Part shown: positions 7,245-15,618 of the stretch, one piece after another
Numbering within the stretch: the stretch's first letter is position 1
Layout: every line of letters starts with the position of its first letter
Virus record (IMG/VR): IMGVR_UViG_3300036796_000269
Span: 1-29,807 of that record
DNA length: 29,807 bases
Reading direction: 5' to 3' (one strand)
DNA from: a virus
Lineage: Duplodnaviria > Caudoviricetes
Notes under the pieces: model-generated
What the model saw: only the letters and a program-made list of their open reading frames with translations
Told to the model about the DNA's origin: nothing
The model's database searches: none
Program-made: the position numbers and the translations under genes

Positions 7245-9587
7245 CTATTTACCAAATGCGACCCAGAATGCTGTTTTTTCAGGATTGCCGTTCGCACCAT
7301 AATTAAAACCAGTTTTACTGTGGCTTAACGATCTGATGTTGCTTGATGAGTCGGAAAGGTTACCTGTGCCTGCATCGCTGAGCGTAAGCAGGACGCCCAT
7401 GCAGAAATTAGGGAACGCCTTAGGAAAATTGACGGCTGTGTTGTAGCCCGTTCGGGTTACTGTTCCCATCTGTATAATCAGACCGGTCGAATTGTCCTGC
7501 TGCCACCCTCCGGCAGCAGAAAGAGAAGCGGTGTTTTTGGCATTGTATCCCGCATCACTTTGCGCTTTGGTGTAGTACCGGGCATCGCTCTCAGCCTTGG
7601 TATACGCCCCCGTTTTCGGCATATAACCTGCGTCTGATTGCGTTTTGGTGTAGTAACGCCCGTCAAAGTTCGCAAAGCTACCCGGAATGATCTGACCCGG
7701 CGCAGAAAAGTTACCGTTAGTATCCCATTTGAAATTAACATCCTGGACGCCACTTCCTTTCATATGCAGGTGCCACGAAAGAGCGTCACCACTTACCAAC
7801 GTACCTAAGGAAAAAGCCCATGAGTTTTTACCGGTGATGGATGCCTGTTGTTTAATTATCGGATGGTATTCACTTGCACCAGTGGTTGAATATGAATTAA
7901 AAAACGGGGCTTTCGTGCCATATTGATTAGCCCAGCCATAATTCCCGCTATAACCCGCTGTAATTTCCTTTGATGCATAAATTGTGTTGCCTACAGTCAG
8001 TGGCGTTTCTGACTGCAGCGCGCCGGTTTCAAGGCTCACGCGTAATGGACGGATTGCGTTATAAGCTCCGTAAGCGTCGCCCTTATTGGTCAGCATGAGG
8101 TAAAGGTTATACCCGTCATTACGCCAGAATGTACCGTAGTCACCATATGCAATACGGTAACTGTTAGCCGAGCTGGATTGCACTTCCCCGCCTGCGCGTA
8201 AGTATCTGCTAAATTGCCCCGCGCCGTTCATCTGAAATAGTAACGAGCCATCTTTACTTCGCTGAGAATAAAAGTGATAGCCCGAGTCATCAGACAATTC
8301 AACGACAGTTGGTCGGTCTGCATTCCCCCAAAGACGCAAGGTGGCGTTTTTGTCAGACGTATTTGAAGAAACGAAGGAAAACTTTTTAGCGTTTCCTGAA
8401 TAAAAGCCGCCATTTTGCGAGGTGAAATGCCCTCGCGCTCTGACACCTGTGCTGGTATTGATTGCCAGCTCCTCCTGTGCATCGGTGGTGCCTGTCGCCA
8501 GACGATACTCGCCACCCTGAACGGTTTCATGCCAGATAGTATCCGTCCCGCCTCCGCGCATTTTACGCAGATAATTTTTATTGCCCGTCGCAGCATTGGA
8601 AAGTGCCGTCATGTTATAGGTCGACTGCGCTACTGAGTCCTGATTTAACGTTCCGGTCATACTGTCGCCGGATTTACTGACTCGCTCACTGGCATTTTTA
8701 TTAGCTGCAGCGGCGTTGTCGTTTGCGGTTTTAACCGCTTTCGGCGTCGCCGCCAGTATCTCAGACGTGCTGTCGGTCGCGCTGCTGAGCTGGACGATGC
8801 CCTTTTGCGCCGTGGTGGCGTCCTGAGCCGTGTACTTACCTTTCGCAAGGTCATACGCCGCCTTAACCGCTTTCGGCGTCGCTGCGACGCTCTCAGACAC
8901 GCTGTCCGTCGCGCTGCTGAGCTGGACGATACCCTTTTGCGCCGTGGTGGCGTCCTGAGCCGTGTATTTACCTTTCGCAAGGTCATACGCCGTCTTAACC
9001 GCTTTCGGCGTCGCTGCGACGCTCTCAGACACGCTGTCGGTCGCACTGCTTAATTGCGTGAAACCCTTAGCGGTGAGCGTGGCGTCAGGATGGCGGCGGG
9101 ATTGCTCATGCTCCGCGAGCTTGTCGTCAACGTAGTCCTGCGTTGCCATCACCGTTGAGGTGTCGATGGTCAGCTCGACTGACGCGATGTCGCTCACCAT
9201 GATGACCATACGCACGGTCTGCGCACGACCTGAGCCCTCTGCCAGCGCTGGCTTGTAGCTTTCGGCCATGTTACCGACCGCAATCAGCGTGCCGGTGTCA
9301 TCATAGAGCCCCATTTCACGCATCCAGAAACCGCCGGTTTCAGGCGGGATAAGCAGCTCCGCCACGACATAATTTTTATTCTTTTTGTCCTGGCTGATTT
9401 TATTCAGTGCGTGACGCCAGACCTCTTTGACAAGCTTTGTCTGGTTAGGGTCAGGCACCGGCAGCGTGCCGCCACCGTCACCCACGGCCATCGCTGTAAA
9501 ATTAACTTTATTCCCGTTCGGGACGGTCGCTGCGGCCAGCTTGATTGCACCGGCTTTGGTGATGACCGTTTTGTATTTCACTGTCAT
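7245..9587 (-). CDS. H: Tail fibre protein gpH
   Basis: 780 aa; conserved P2 H N-terminus (MAVGDGGGTLP...GGFWMREMGLYD...HEQSRRHPDA), tail-fibre repeats, and a mosaic distal receptor-binding region. Confidence 0.95.
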   Translation of the reverse strand: MTVKYKTVITKAGAIKLAAATVPNGNKVNFTAMAVGDGGGTLPVPDPNQTKLVKEVWRHALNKISQDKKNKNYVVAELLIPPETGGFWMREMGLYDDTGTLIAVGNMAESYKPALAEGSGRAQTVRMVIMVSDIASVELTIDTSTVMATQDYVDDKLAEHEQSRRHPDATLTAKGFTQLSSATDSVSESVAATPKAVKTAYDLAKGKYTAQDATTAQKGIVQLSSATDSVSESVAATPKAVKAAYDLAKGKYTAQDATTAQKGIVQLSSATDSTSEILAATPKAVKTANDNAAAANKNASERVSKSGDSMTGTLNQDSVAQSTYNMTALSNAATGNKNYLRKMRGGGTDTIWHETVQGGEYRLATGTTDAQEELAINTSTGVRARGHFTSQNGGFYSGNAKKFSFVSSNTSDKNATLRLWGNADRPTVVELSDDSGYHFYSQRSKDGSLLFQMNGAGQFSRYLRAGGEVQSSSANSYRIAYGDYGTFWRNDGYNLYLMLTNKGDAYGAYNAIRPLRVSLETGALQSETPLTVGNTIYASKEITAGYSGNYGWANQYGTKAPFFNSYSTTGASEYHPIIKQQASITGKNSWAFSLGTLVSGDALSWHLHMKGSGVQDVNFKWDTNGNFSAPGQIIPGSFANFDGRYYTKTQSDAGYMPKTGAYTKAESDARYYTKAQSDAGYNAKNTASLSAAGGWQQDNSTGLIIQMGTVTRTGYNTAVNFPKAFPNFCMGVLLTLSDAGTGNLSDSSSNIRSLSHSKTGFNYGANGNPEKTAFWVAFGK
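7545..7665 (-). repeat. Three short YTKxxSDA repeats in distal tail fibre
   Basis: DGRYYTKTQSDAGY / GAYTKAESDARY / YTKAQSDAGY in the H translation. Confidence 0.75.
8728..9060 (-). repeat. Tandem 132-bp (44-aa) tail-fibre repeat, about 2.5 copies
   Basis: QLSSATDSVSESVAATPKAVKxAYDLAKGKYTAQDATTAQKGIV repeated; gctgctgagctggacgat occurs at 8781 and 8913 (132 apart); copies are nearly identical at DNA level. Confidence 0.93.
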
Positions 9588-9598
9588 TGTGCTCTCAC

Positions 9599-10132
9599 TT
9601 ATCCGGGGTAAACCGTGATGATGTCGCCGTCATATGTCAGCGCACCGGTGTAGAGATAACCCGGCACATCCTGAATGATGTTAAGGCCGATAAGATGGCG
9701 ACTTGCTGGCTTTGCATCAGCAATAAGCCGCTCCATTTCGTAATACATTTCCTCGGTGATGCCAGTCTCTAACACGCCGATATCGAGGCGAAACGTGCCG
9801 GGCGGGTCACTGGTTTCCCACCACTCAGTAACGTTAATCAGATAGCCGAGGGGCTCCACCACACGACGCACCGCCCCTATCGTTCCCTTGTGCGCGTGGA
9901 TGTACCACGCCGCACGGATCACTTCCCTTTTTGTGGCCTCCGTCCATTTCTCATCCCAGCGGTCAACGGAAAACGCCCACGCCAGCCACGGCAGCAGGTT
10001 TGCCGGGCAGTCGTCAGGGCTCCAGAGACGGCGCAGGGGAACGGGCGTATTTTCGATTTCAGCGCAGGCGCGCGCCGCCGCGACCTCAAGCGGCGAGGAG
10101 CCCACCGGCAACAGGCGGGTGTCATTCATCAT
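9599..10132 (-). CDS. I: Tail/baseplate protein gpI
   Basis: LLPVGSSPLE...CPANLLPWLAWAFSVDRWD...HKGTIGAVRRVVEPLG. Confidence 0.96.
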   Translation of the reverse strand: MMNDTRLLPVGSSPLEVAAARACAEIENTPVPLRRLWSPDDCPANLLPWLAWAFSVDRWDEKWTEATKREVIRAAWYIHAHKGTIGAVRRVVEPLGYLINVTEWWETSDPPGTFRLDIGVLETGITEEMYYEMERLIADAKPASRHLIGLNIIQDVPGYLYTGALTYDGDIITVYPG

Positions 10133-11030
10133 TGCCCCCTATGGTGACGCTGTACTCGCTGCACCATGACGCCTGCGTGTCATCGAGCACGATGTCGGCC
10201 ACCGGCGCGGCCAGCTCGACGCGCTGCACCCCTTCGACGTGCAGCGCCGCATAGATGGCAGATTTACGGATGTCACGCCCGAGGCGATGCTGCGAGGTGA
10301 TATACGCCTGCAGCTTTGCTTTTGCCGCACTGAGCACCGGCTCGCTTTCGGGACCGGGGTAAAGGTAAAGCGACGCGGTGATTTTATAATCGATAATTTT
10401 CGCTGACTGCACGGTCACGCGGTCGGCCACCGGCCGGACGTCCTCGCCGTTCAGCGCAGTGCGCACGATGGCGAGCAGATCGTCAGAGGCCACGCCGTTA
10501 TTTTCACGCGACAGCACCGACACGGTCACACAAGCAGGCTCAGGACTGATGACGGAAATATCCGCGACACGCCCGTCGGCGCTGCGGCCATGAAACTGAT
10601 ATGCGCCGGTTGAGCCTGCGGTACTTAGCCCCTCAGGGGCTTGCTGGATACGCAGGCGATAGTCAGTGTCCGATTCCATCACGGCTGGCGTGGGCGGAAA
10701 CGTCGTGTCGTCTGCCGGGGTAATAACGAGTCGTGGGACGTTGGAATTTGCCCCTATCTGGTCGAGGTCGCTCCCGGCAGCGTAAGCCAGCATGACCGCA
10801 CGCGCGGCCTCGTTGACGCGCTGTCGCCAGATAACTTCCCGGTAGGCGTTTTCCTGCAGCAGCTTAACAATCGGCTCTGATTCGAGCGTCAGCGTGCGCA
10901 CGACGGCCTCCTGTTGTTCCTCGGGGTATAACGAGACGAGCGTTGCCTTGCGTTCGCTCAGAATGCTTTCATAGTCCAGCACTTCCACGACATCAGGCGC
11001 GGCGAGCTGGTTAAGGTCAACAATTGCCAT
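10122..11030 (-). CDS. J: Baseplate wedge protein gpJ
   Basis: 302 aa; MAIVDLNQLAAPDVVE...RQRVNEAARAVMLAYA...VRPVADRVTVQSA. Confidence 0.96.
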   Translation of the reverse strand: MAIVDLNQLAAPDVVEVLDYESILSERKATLVSLYPEEQQEAVVRTLTLESEPIVKLLQENAYREVIWRQRVNEAARAVMLAYAAGSDLDQIGANSNVPRLVITPADDTTFPPTPAVMESDTDYRLRIQQAPEGLSTAGSTGAYQFHGRSADGRVADISVISPEPACVTVSVLSRENNGVASDDLLAIVRTALNGEDVRPVADRVTVQSAKIIDYKITASLYLYPGPESEPVLSAAKAKLQAYITSQHRLGRDIRKSAIYAALHVEGVQRVELAAPVADIVLDDTQASWCSEYSVTIGGNDE

Positions 11031-11035
11031 AGCGT

Positions 11036-11386
11036 TTAACTCAGTGGAATGGTGAGGGAAAAGGGCTGGCCGCTAGCCGAGCGCGTGCCGGTGATGTCGA
11101 CATACAGTCCGCCGTCATTCTCTGACCGCTCAAATGTGATGCTTGTCAGGCTGACGCGGAGCTCCCATTTCTGGATCGCGGAATAACACGCGGCCATAAT
11201 CTGCAGGCGCAGCGCCTTAGTCTGCGGCTGGTCAATCAGAGCCGACAGGAGCGAGCCGTATTCACGGCGCATGACGCGCGAGCCTATCGGCGTGACCAGA
11301 ATGTCGCGCACGCTTTGCCTGATATGCTCGACCTCAGAGATACTGAGGCCGGTCTGGCTGTTCATTCCCAGATAACGCACCGTCAT
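11036..11386 (-). CDS. W: Baseplate protein gpW (gp25-like)
   Basis: 116 aa; HIRQSVRDILVTPIGSRVMRREYGS. Confidence 0.96.
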   Translation of the reverse strand: MTVRYLGMNSQTGLSISEVEHIRQSVRDILVTPIGSRVMRREYGSLLSALIDQPQTKALRLQIMAACYSAIQKWELRVSLTSITFERSENDGGLYVDITGTRSASGQPFSLTIPLS

Positions 11387-12018
11387 TGCGTCCCCTTAGT
11401 CCAGCTTCCGCCGCTCTGTACGTTGCCGTGCACGTGGTTATCCACCTGTACGCCGTTTGATTTCAGTGTCCCGCCGGTGTGCTCGATGTTCCCGGACATC
11501 TTCCCGCCTTGCTTCACTTCGAGCGTGCCGGTCGTCAGCTTGTTGGTGCATACCACCTCGGGCGAATCGAGCGTGATGCGGCTCGACGCTTTCACCAGCA
11601 CCACCGGCACGGTGGCCGTAATGGACTCAGACGCGGTGACATCTGCGGTTTTGATACCTGACACAGTGAGCGCGCCGTTTTCGGGCTCGTACTCAATAAC
11701 AGCCCCGTCAGGAAAGGAAACATGAAGCGCATCAGGGGAGACAGACGGCGCGGGATGGTCATCCGAGAAAATGCCGGGCAGCACAAATGCCGTATCGAGC
11801 TCGCCGCCGATCGCCAGCAAAAGCACCTGCTCGCCAACGGATGGAGCCCACCATACGCGCGAGTGACCGGCCCGACAGGTTAGCCAGTTCAGCCAGGTGG
11901 TTTTCATACCGCCGGTCTGGACACGACACAACCCCTCAACGAGGTCGACGTCGGAGATATAGCCAAGACGTAGTATGTTGCGTACTTGCCGGAGAATTTC
12001 ATTGAGTTGTGTCTTCAT
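11383..12018 (-). CDS. V: Baseplate spike protein gpV
   Basis: 211 aa; WLNWLTCRAG...WWAPSVGEQV...C-terminal HxH metal-binding tip (NHVHGNVQSG). Confidence 0.96.
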   Translation of the reverse strand: MKTQLNEILRQVRNILRLGYISDVDLVEGLCRVQTGGMKTTWLNWLTCRAGHSRVWWAPSVGEQVLLLAIGGELDTAFVLPGIFSDDHPAPSVSPDALHVSFPDGAVIEYEPENGALTVSGIKTADVTASESITATVPVVLVKASSRITLDSPEVVCTNKLTTGTLEVKQGGKMSGNIEHTGGTLKSNGVQVDNHVHGNVQSGGSWTKGTQ

Positions 12019-12064
12019 AATTGCATAATGAATTGAACCCCATGAAAGTTAAACTTGGCCTTGT

Positions 12065-12082
12065 TGGGGTAGTAACCATACA
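12065..12082 (-). promoter_or_regulatory. Ogr-binding box of late promoter pV
   Basis: Minus strand TGT-atggttactacc-CCA about 50-60 nt upstream of V; same TGT-N12-CCA variant as at pF. Confidence 0.6.
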
Positions 12083-12108
12083 ACACACCACAGAAAATAG
12101 AGGAAAGG

Positions 12109-13197
12109 ATGACAAGGAATTATTTTGATGACGTGACAATGAAAGAATCCCTTCAGTTATATATTAATGAACTCTCCACTATAAAGCTGGAGACCAACTT
12201 TGAAAAACAAAGGTATAAAACACTCTCAAAATTGCTTAAAAGTTTTATTTCTCAGTGTACCGAATGGGATGCCAGGACAGAGCACTCAATAGAAAACAAA
12301 GGCAAGCAACTTGGATTCCGCATAAGCGCCTGTCAAATGACAAACTATGAAATAGACGAGACGGTTGCCATATGCTTTGAGTTTGCTCTCGAAGCCGAGA
12401 TGTTTGACAGCTATCTCAATGACTACATGACAGTTGAATTTAAAGACTTCTGCATAGATTACATAGACGAATTACATCCTTCAGCAAAAAAATCCATACA
12501 AAGAAGTTTAATGGTAATGCCAAGTAGAATTGTAAGACGTTTATCGGTGGCTCAAGATGTTAAAACATGTCGTGACTTTATAGAAAACGTCAGCAAGTCC
12601 GAGCGAATGATATATAAATGGGAAAAAGATATAGAGGAAAAGGAAAATCGAGTTCAGAAATTGAACGATGCTATTTTAAGGCAAGAGTCAGACTTCAACT
12701 TCGTTGGGTTATACGATGGATTCTTCAGGCTGGGAGAACTTAAAAGAATCGAAATGCGCTGGGCAAAAAGAATATTAATTGGCATTAGCATACTAATGCC
12801 AATCCCTTTGATACTCGAAATGGCATACATGTTATTTTCTAAAGACACACATCCAGCCACTACTCAATTATACAAACTAATCCCTGTAGCCTCGATCACT
12901 CTTATTTTTATCTATTATTTTAAAGTTGCCATAAATAACTATAATTCGATCAAAGCACAGCAGGTACAAATTGAACTAAGGAAAAGCCTATGTTGCTTCA
13001 TTCAAAGCTACGCCGAATACGCTAAAGAAATCAAAGGCGAAAACAATTATCTTTTAAGGAAATTTGAAGACATTATATTTTCAAACATAATGGCATCCGA
13101 AGAAAAAATGCCATCAACATTTGACGGAATAAATCAAATAGCATCACTTATAAACAGCCTCAAACAAACGACAACAAATAAAAACAGTAATGGCTAA
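12109..13197 (+). CDS. Accessory (moron) membrane protein of unknown function: soluble N-domain, coiled coil, two TM helices, cytoplasmic tail
   Basis: 362-aa AT-rich ORF opposite to flanking tail genes in the S-V slot (P2 orf30 position); GAGGAAAGG RBS; coiled-coil-like WEKDIEEKENRVQKLNDAILRQE; hydrophobic ILIGISILMPIPLILEMAYMLF and LIPVASITLIFIYYFKVAI. Confidence 0.85.
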   Translation: MTRNYFDDVTMKESLQLYINELSTIKLETNFEKQRYKTLSKLLKSFISQCTEWDARTEHSIENKGKQLGFRISACQMTNYEIDETVAICFEFALEAEMFDSYLNDYMTVEFKDFCIDYIDELHPSAKKSIQRSLMVMPSRIVRRLSVAQDVKTCRDFIENVSKSERMIYKWEKDIEEKENRVQKLNDAILRQESDFNFVGLYDGFFRLGELKRIEMRWAKRILIGISILMPIPLILEMAYMLFSKDTHPATTQLYKLIPVASITLIFIYYFKVAINNYNSIKAQQVQIELRKSLCCFIQSYAEYAKEIKGENNYLLRKFEDIIFSNIMASEEKMPSTFDGINQIASLINSLKQTTTNKNSNG

Positions 13198-13204
13198 CAC
13201 TTAT

Positions 13205-13232
13205 GCTTGCCTGCATTAACATGCGGGCAAGC
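13205..13232. terminator. Hairpin, likely bidirectional terminator between convergent moron and S
   Basis: GCTTGCCTGCAT-taac-ATGCGGGCAAGC, a 12-bp stem with one G-U/mismatch position. Confidence 0.7.
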
Positions 13233-13273
13233 TTAATGCATTTATACTTTAGCTATCTAATTACAACCTAAAG

Positions 13274-13732
13274 TCATAGTGGTATTTTCTGAAAGTATGT
13301 AAGAATTAAAGATTCCACCATATATTTATCCTGTTCATTGAATCCAAGCAACTGACGCACCGGATATCGCACATGCTTAAAGCGCGCGTTAGGCCTGTCT
13401 TTTAGGCCATACTGATGGACACGCGCGATACGTTGTACTTTACTAGTAAATTCCACCAAGCCACGGTTTTTACTGTCGCTGGCTTTCATGTAGCGACTAG
13501 TACGTAGCCTCTGAAACATTGCTCTTTTAATTCGTCCATTCTTTGCCCTGAGCGGCTGACGTTTTCGCGCCTGATAGGGTGAGCCGTCCGGGGCTTTTTG
13601 CTGTTTGATGCGTTGCTGTTGCGATTTGCGCAGCTCCTTTGCTATCTCTCCGGCCAGTTTCCGGCGCGTTGCTGGTGACAGGGCAGCAATCAGACCATTG
13701 AGCCTGTCGTCAAAGGGCTTAAATTCATTCAT
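13274..13732 (-). CDS. S: Tail completion / virion morphogenesis protein gpS
   Basis: 152 aa; LIAALSPATRR...QQQRIKQQKAPDGSPYQARK...IARVHQYGL...YPVRQLLGF. Confidence 0.94.
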   Translation of the reverse strand: MNEFKPFDDRLNGLIAALSPATRRKLAGEIAKELRKSQQQRIKQQKAPDGSPYQARKRQPLRAKNGRIKRAMFQRLRTSRYMKASDSKNRGLVEFTSKVQRIARVHQYGLKDRPNARFKHVRYPVRQLLGFNEQDKYMVESLILTYFQKIPL

Positions 13733-14192
13733 CCCACTTGCTCACCAGTTCGCCGTTGATATAGAGCTCTTTTGGCCGGGTGACGGGCTCCGGCAGCGGC
13801 GGCTCAGGGGCATAGTTCACGTGCAGCGCGCCGTTTTCCTCTTTGATGATGGTTCGCTCGGTGAGCTGCAGGCTGATGCTGATATCGACGCTGTCCCCGT
13901 CGTTCAAATCCATCTGGAAACGGTAGCCCTTTTTGCGGCCGTCATCGAGCGTGCAGATATCCGGCTGGTTTTCCCTGAGCCATGCGGCCACCGGCACGAA
14001 AATCAGGTCAGGGTCGCCCACAAAGTCACACACGATCACATTCAGGGTATAATTTTTCTCGTGCGACAGCGAGGCCGCGAGACGCGCATCGATATTCCCC
14101 TCATCGGCAAAGATGCGCATCATTTCGGGGTTTGTTTCAAGCTGCGGAACGGCTTTAATCAGCGCTTCGCGCAGGCTGCGTGCTTTCTTCAT
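13725..14192 (-). CDS. R: Tail completion/terminator protein gpR
   Basis: MKKARSLREAL...YTLNVIVCDFVGDPD...AWLRENQPDI...DISISLQLTER; start moved to ATG 14192 to match the P2 R length (155 aa). Confidence 0.92.
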   Translation of the reverse strand: MKKARSLREALIKAVPQLETNPEMMRIFADEGNIDARLAASLSHEKNYTLNVIVCDFVGDPDLIFVPVAAWLRENQPDICTLDDGRKKGYRFQMDLNDGDSVDISISLQLTERTIIKEENGALHVNYAPEPPLPEPVTRPKELYINGELVSKWDE

Positions 14193-14445
14193 CGAGTTTA
14201 TCCTGACAGTCTTTGACGGTTTCAACCTGCAGCGCGCAGGCGGCGAGCGCGTGCTCAAGCCTGTGAATATCGGCGCTCAGGTCGCCATTAGTGGCCGGGT
14301 CGCTTCCCGGCATCGGGCAATAGCTCACCTTCGGGCAGGCGCTGTAAACAATGACCGGCGGAGGCGCAGGCGGCGCGGGTGTGCAGCCGACGCACAACAT
14401 CAGGCAGCTCAGCGCTGTACCAGCGGCGTAACGTTTCATTCTCAT
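14155..14445 (-). CDS. lysC: Outer-membrane spanin (Rz1-like) LysC lipoprotein
   Basis: Signal peptide with lipobox LCVG-C followed by Pro-rich TPAPPAPPP and CPKVSYC...TNGDL; overlaps the 3' end of lysB in another frame. Confidence 0.9.
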   Translation of the reverse strand: MRMKRYAAGTALSCLMLCVGCTPAPPAPPPVIVYSACPKVSYCPMPGSDPATNGDLSADIHRLEHALAACALQVETVKDCQDKLDEESTQPARSAD

Positions 14446-14713
14446 TTATCAGCCTCGTAATGGTTTGTTCACGCCGCACGGCCATTGCACTAGCGGCCAG
14501 CAGTTCGCCGCGTAAACGGACCTGCGCGATTTCATTTCGCCTGGCAATGCCCTGCGAAACGGAAAGCTGATTTTTCAGCATTGCGATCGCGGTTTTTTGT
14601 TCGGTGGCGACCCTGTTTGCCCGTTCAAACGAGCGCGTCAGGTTGCCGTTTTCATGACGCTGCCAGAGCACAACCGCCATCAGAGCGGCCAGTAAAAACA
14701 ACATCACTTTCAT
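14288..14713 (-). CDS. lysB: Inner-membrane spanin (Rz-like) LysB
   Basis: 141 aa; N-terminal TM, coiled coil, RREQTITRLINENETLRRWYSAELPDVVRRL. Confidence 0.92.
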   Translation of the reverse strand: MKVMLFLLAALMAVVLWQRHENGNLTRSFERANRVATEQKTAIAMLKNQLSVSQGIARRNEIAQVRLRGELLAASAMAVRREQTITRLINENETLRRWYSAELPDVVRRLHTRAACASAGHCLQRLPEGELLPDAGKRPGH

Positions 14714-15219
14714 TCAATCCCCCTGAGGCAGTAAGCACGCTCGCGCGCGCGGCGATTTTCCAGCCCTTTGTTAATTTCGCCGTTCACGTAAACCCAGCGG
14801 GTGAGCTGGTCGCACGCCTGCGGCCATTGCTGGCGTTTGATAAACGAGACCAGCGTCGACCGGCAGGCCGCGCCGGTTCCCACGTTGAATGAGAAACTGA
14901 CCAGCGCGTCGTAAACCTGCGGCGGCATTTTCACCGGCGCGCATACGGCCAGACGTTTCTCGACGTTCAGCACATCCGCGACGAGATTCGCCGCCGCCTG
15001 CCGCTCGGTGATGTCTCCCTTCGGCACGACGCCTGCAGTGTGGCCGATGCCCGACGTCCACACTCCCGCGCTGCACTGGTAAGGCGTCAGGCGACAGCCT
15101 TCGAGGTCGGCAATCAGCGCCAGCCCCCCGGGCGAGGTGTTAAGCAGACGAAAGTCAGGCATCAGCGCTGCCAGCGCCAGCACGGCGGCCACACTGCATT
15201 TTTTAACGATTGATTTCAC
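14710..15219 (-). CDS. SAR endolysin, GH24 lysozyme of the P1 Lyz type
   Basis: 169 aa; weakly hydrophobic Ala-rich N-terminal anchor (KKCSVAAVLALAALM); catalytic E40-x8-C49-x5-T55; DALVSFSFNVG and GLENRRARE motifs. Confidence 0.92.
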   Translation of the reverse strand: MKSIVKKCSVAAVLALAALMPDFRLLNTSPGGLALIADLEGCRLTPYQCSAGVWTSGIGHTAGVVPKGDITERQAAANLVADVLNVEKRLAVCAPVKMPPQVYDALVSFSFNVGTGAACRSTLVSFIKRQQWPQACDQLTRWVYVNGEINKGLENRRARERAYCLRGIE

Positions 15220-15424
15220 GAATAGCCCCTTTATCGAGTCCGAGCGATGTCAGGTAGAGGTACGTCTTGCGCTTAAACCAGTAGTTCGTCAGCGCGGTAA
15301 GAATGGCGCATCCGCCGCCCACGTATAACGCCATCTTTTCGGGCGACATTGCCCCGACATACGCCAGCCCCACGGCCAGCCAGTAGGCGATAAACGTGGT
15401 GATTTTTTCCATACTCAGTCCCAT
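15203..15424 (-). CDS. Holin (HP1/186-type)
   Basis: 73 aa (or 69 aa from ATG 15412); two hydrophobic stretches then LTNYWFKRK; immediately upstream of the endolysin. Confidence 0.85.
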   Translation of the reverse strand: MGLSMEKITTFIAYWLAVGLAYVGAMSPEKMALYVGGGCAILTALTNYWFKRKTYLYLTSLGLDKGAIREINR

Positions 15425-15618
15425 AGATTCACCGTTTCGGTTCTGGCCGCGCTCTCGGTCTCGGGCAGCTCTACTGCCGTGCCGTGTGGCAGGATCACAC
15501 CGAGCTCAGACAGGCCGGGATTAGCCTCTAAGACGGTTTCGACCACGCCCTCAGTACGCCCGTAATACCGGGCGCAAATCGCGTCGAGGGTGTCGCCCTG
15601 CAGCGCATACGCTTTCAT
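15415..15618 (-). CDS. X: Tail protein gpX (LysM-like)
   Basis: MKAYALQGDTLDAICARYYGRTEGVVETVLEANPGL...TVNLWD, 67 aa from ATG 15618. Confidence 0.95.
   Translation of the reverse strand: MKAYALQGDTLDAICARYYGRTEGVVETVLEANPGLSELGVILPHGTAVELPETESAARTETVNLWD

Noticed and set aside
8728-9060. Tail-fibre repeats as a CRISPR array or DGR template/variable repeat
   Set aside because: They are contiguous in-frame 132-bp coding repeats without spacers; there is no adenine-specific mismatch pattern and no reverse transcriptase or cas gene in the window.
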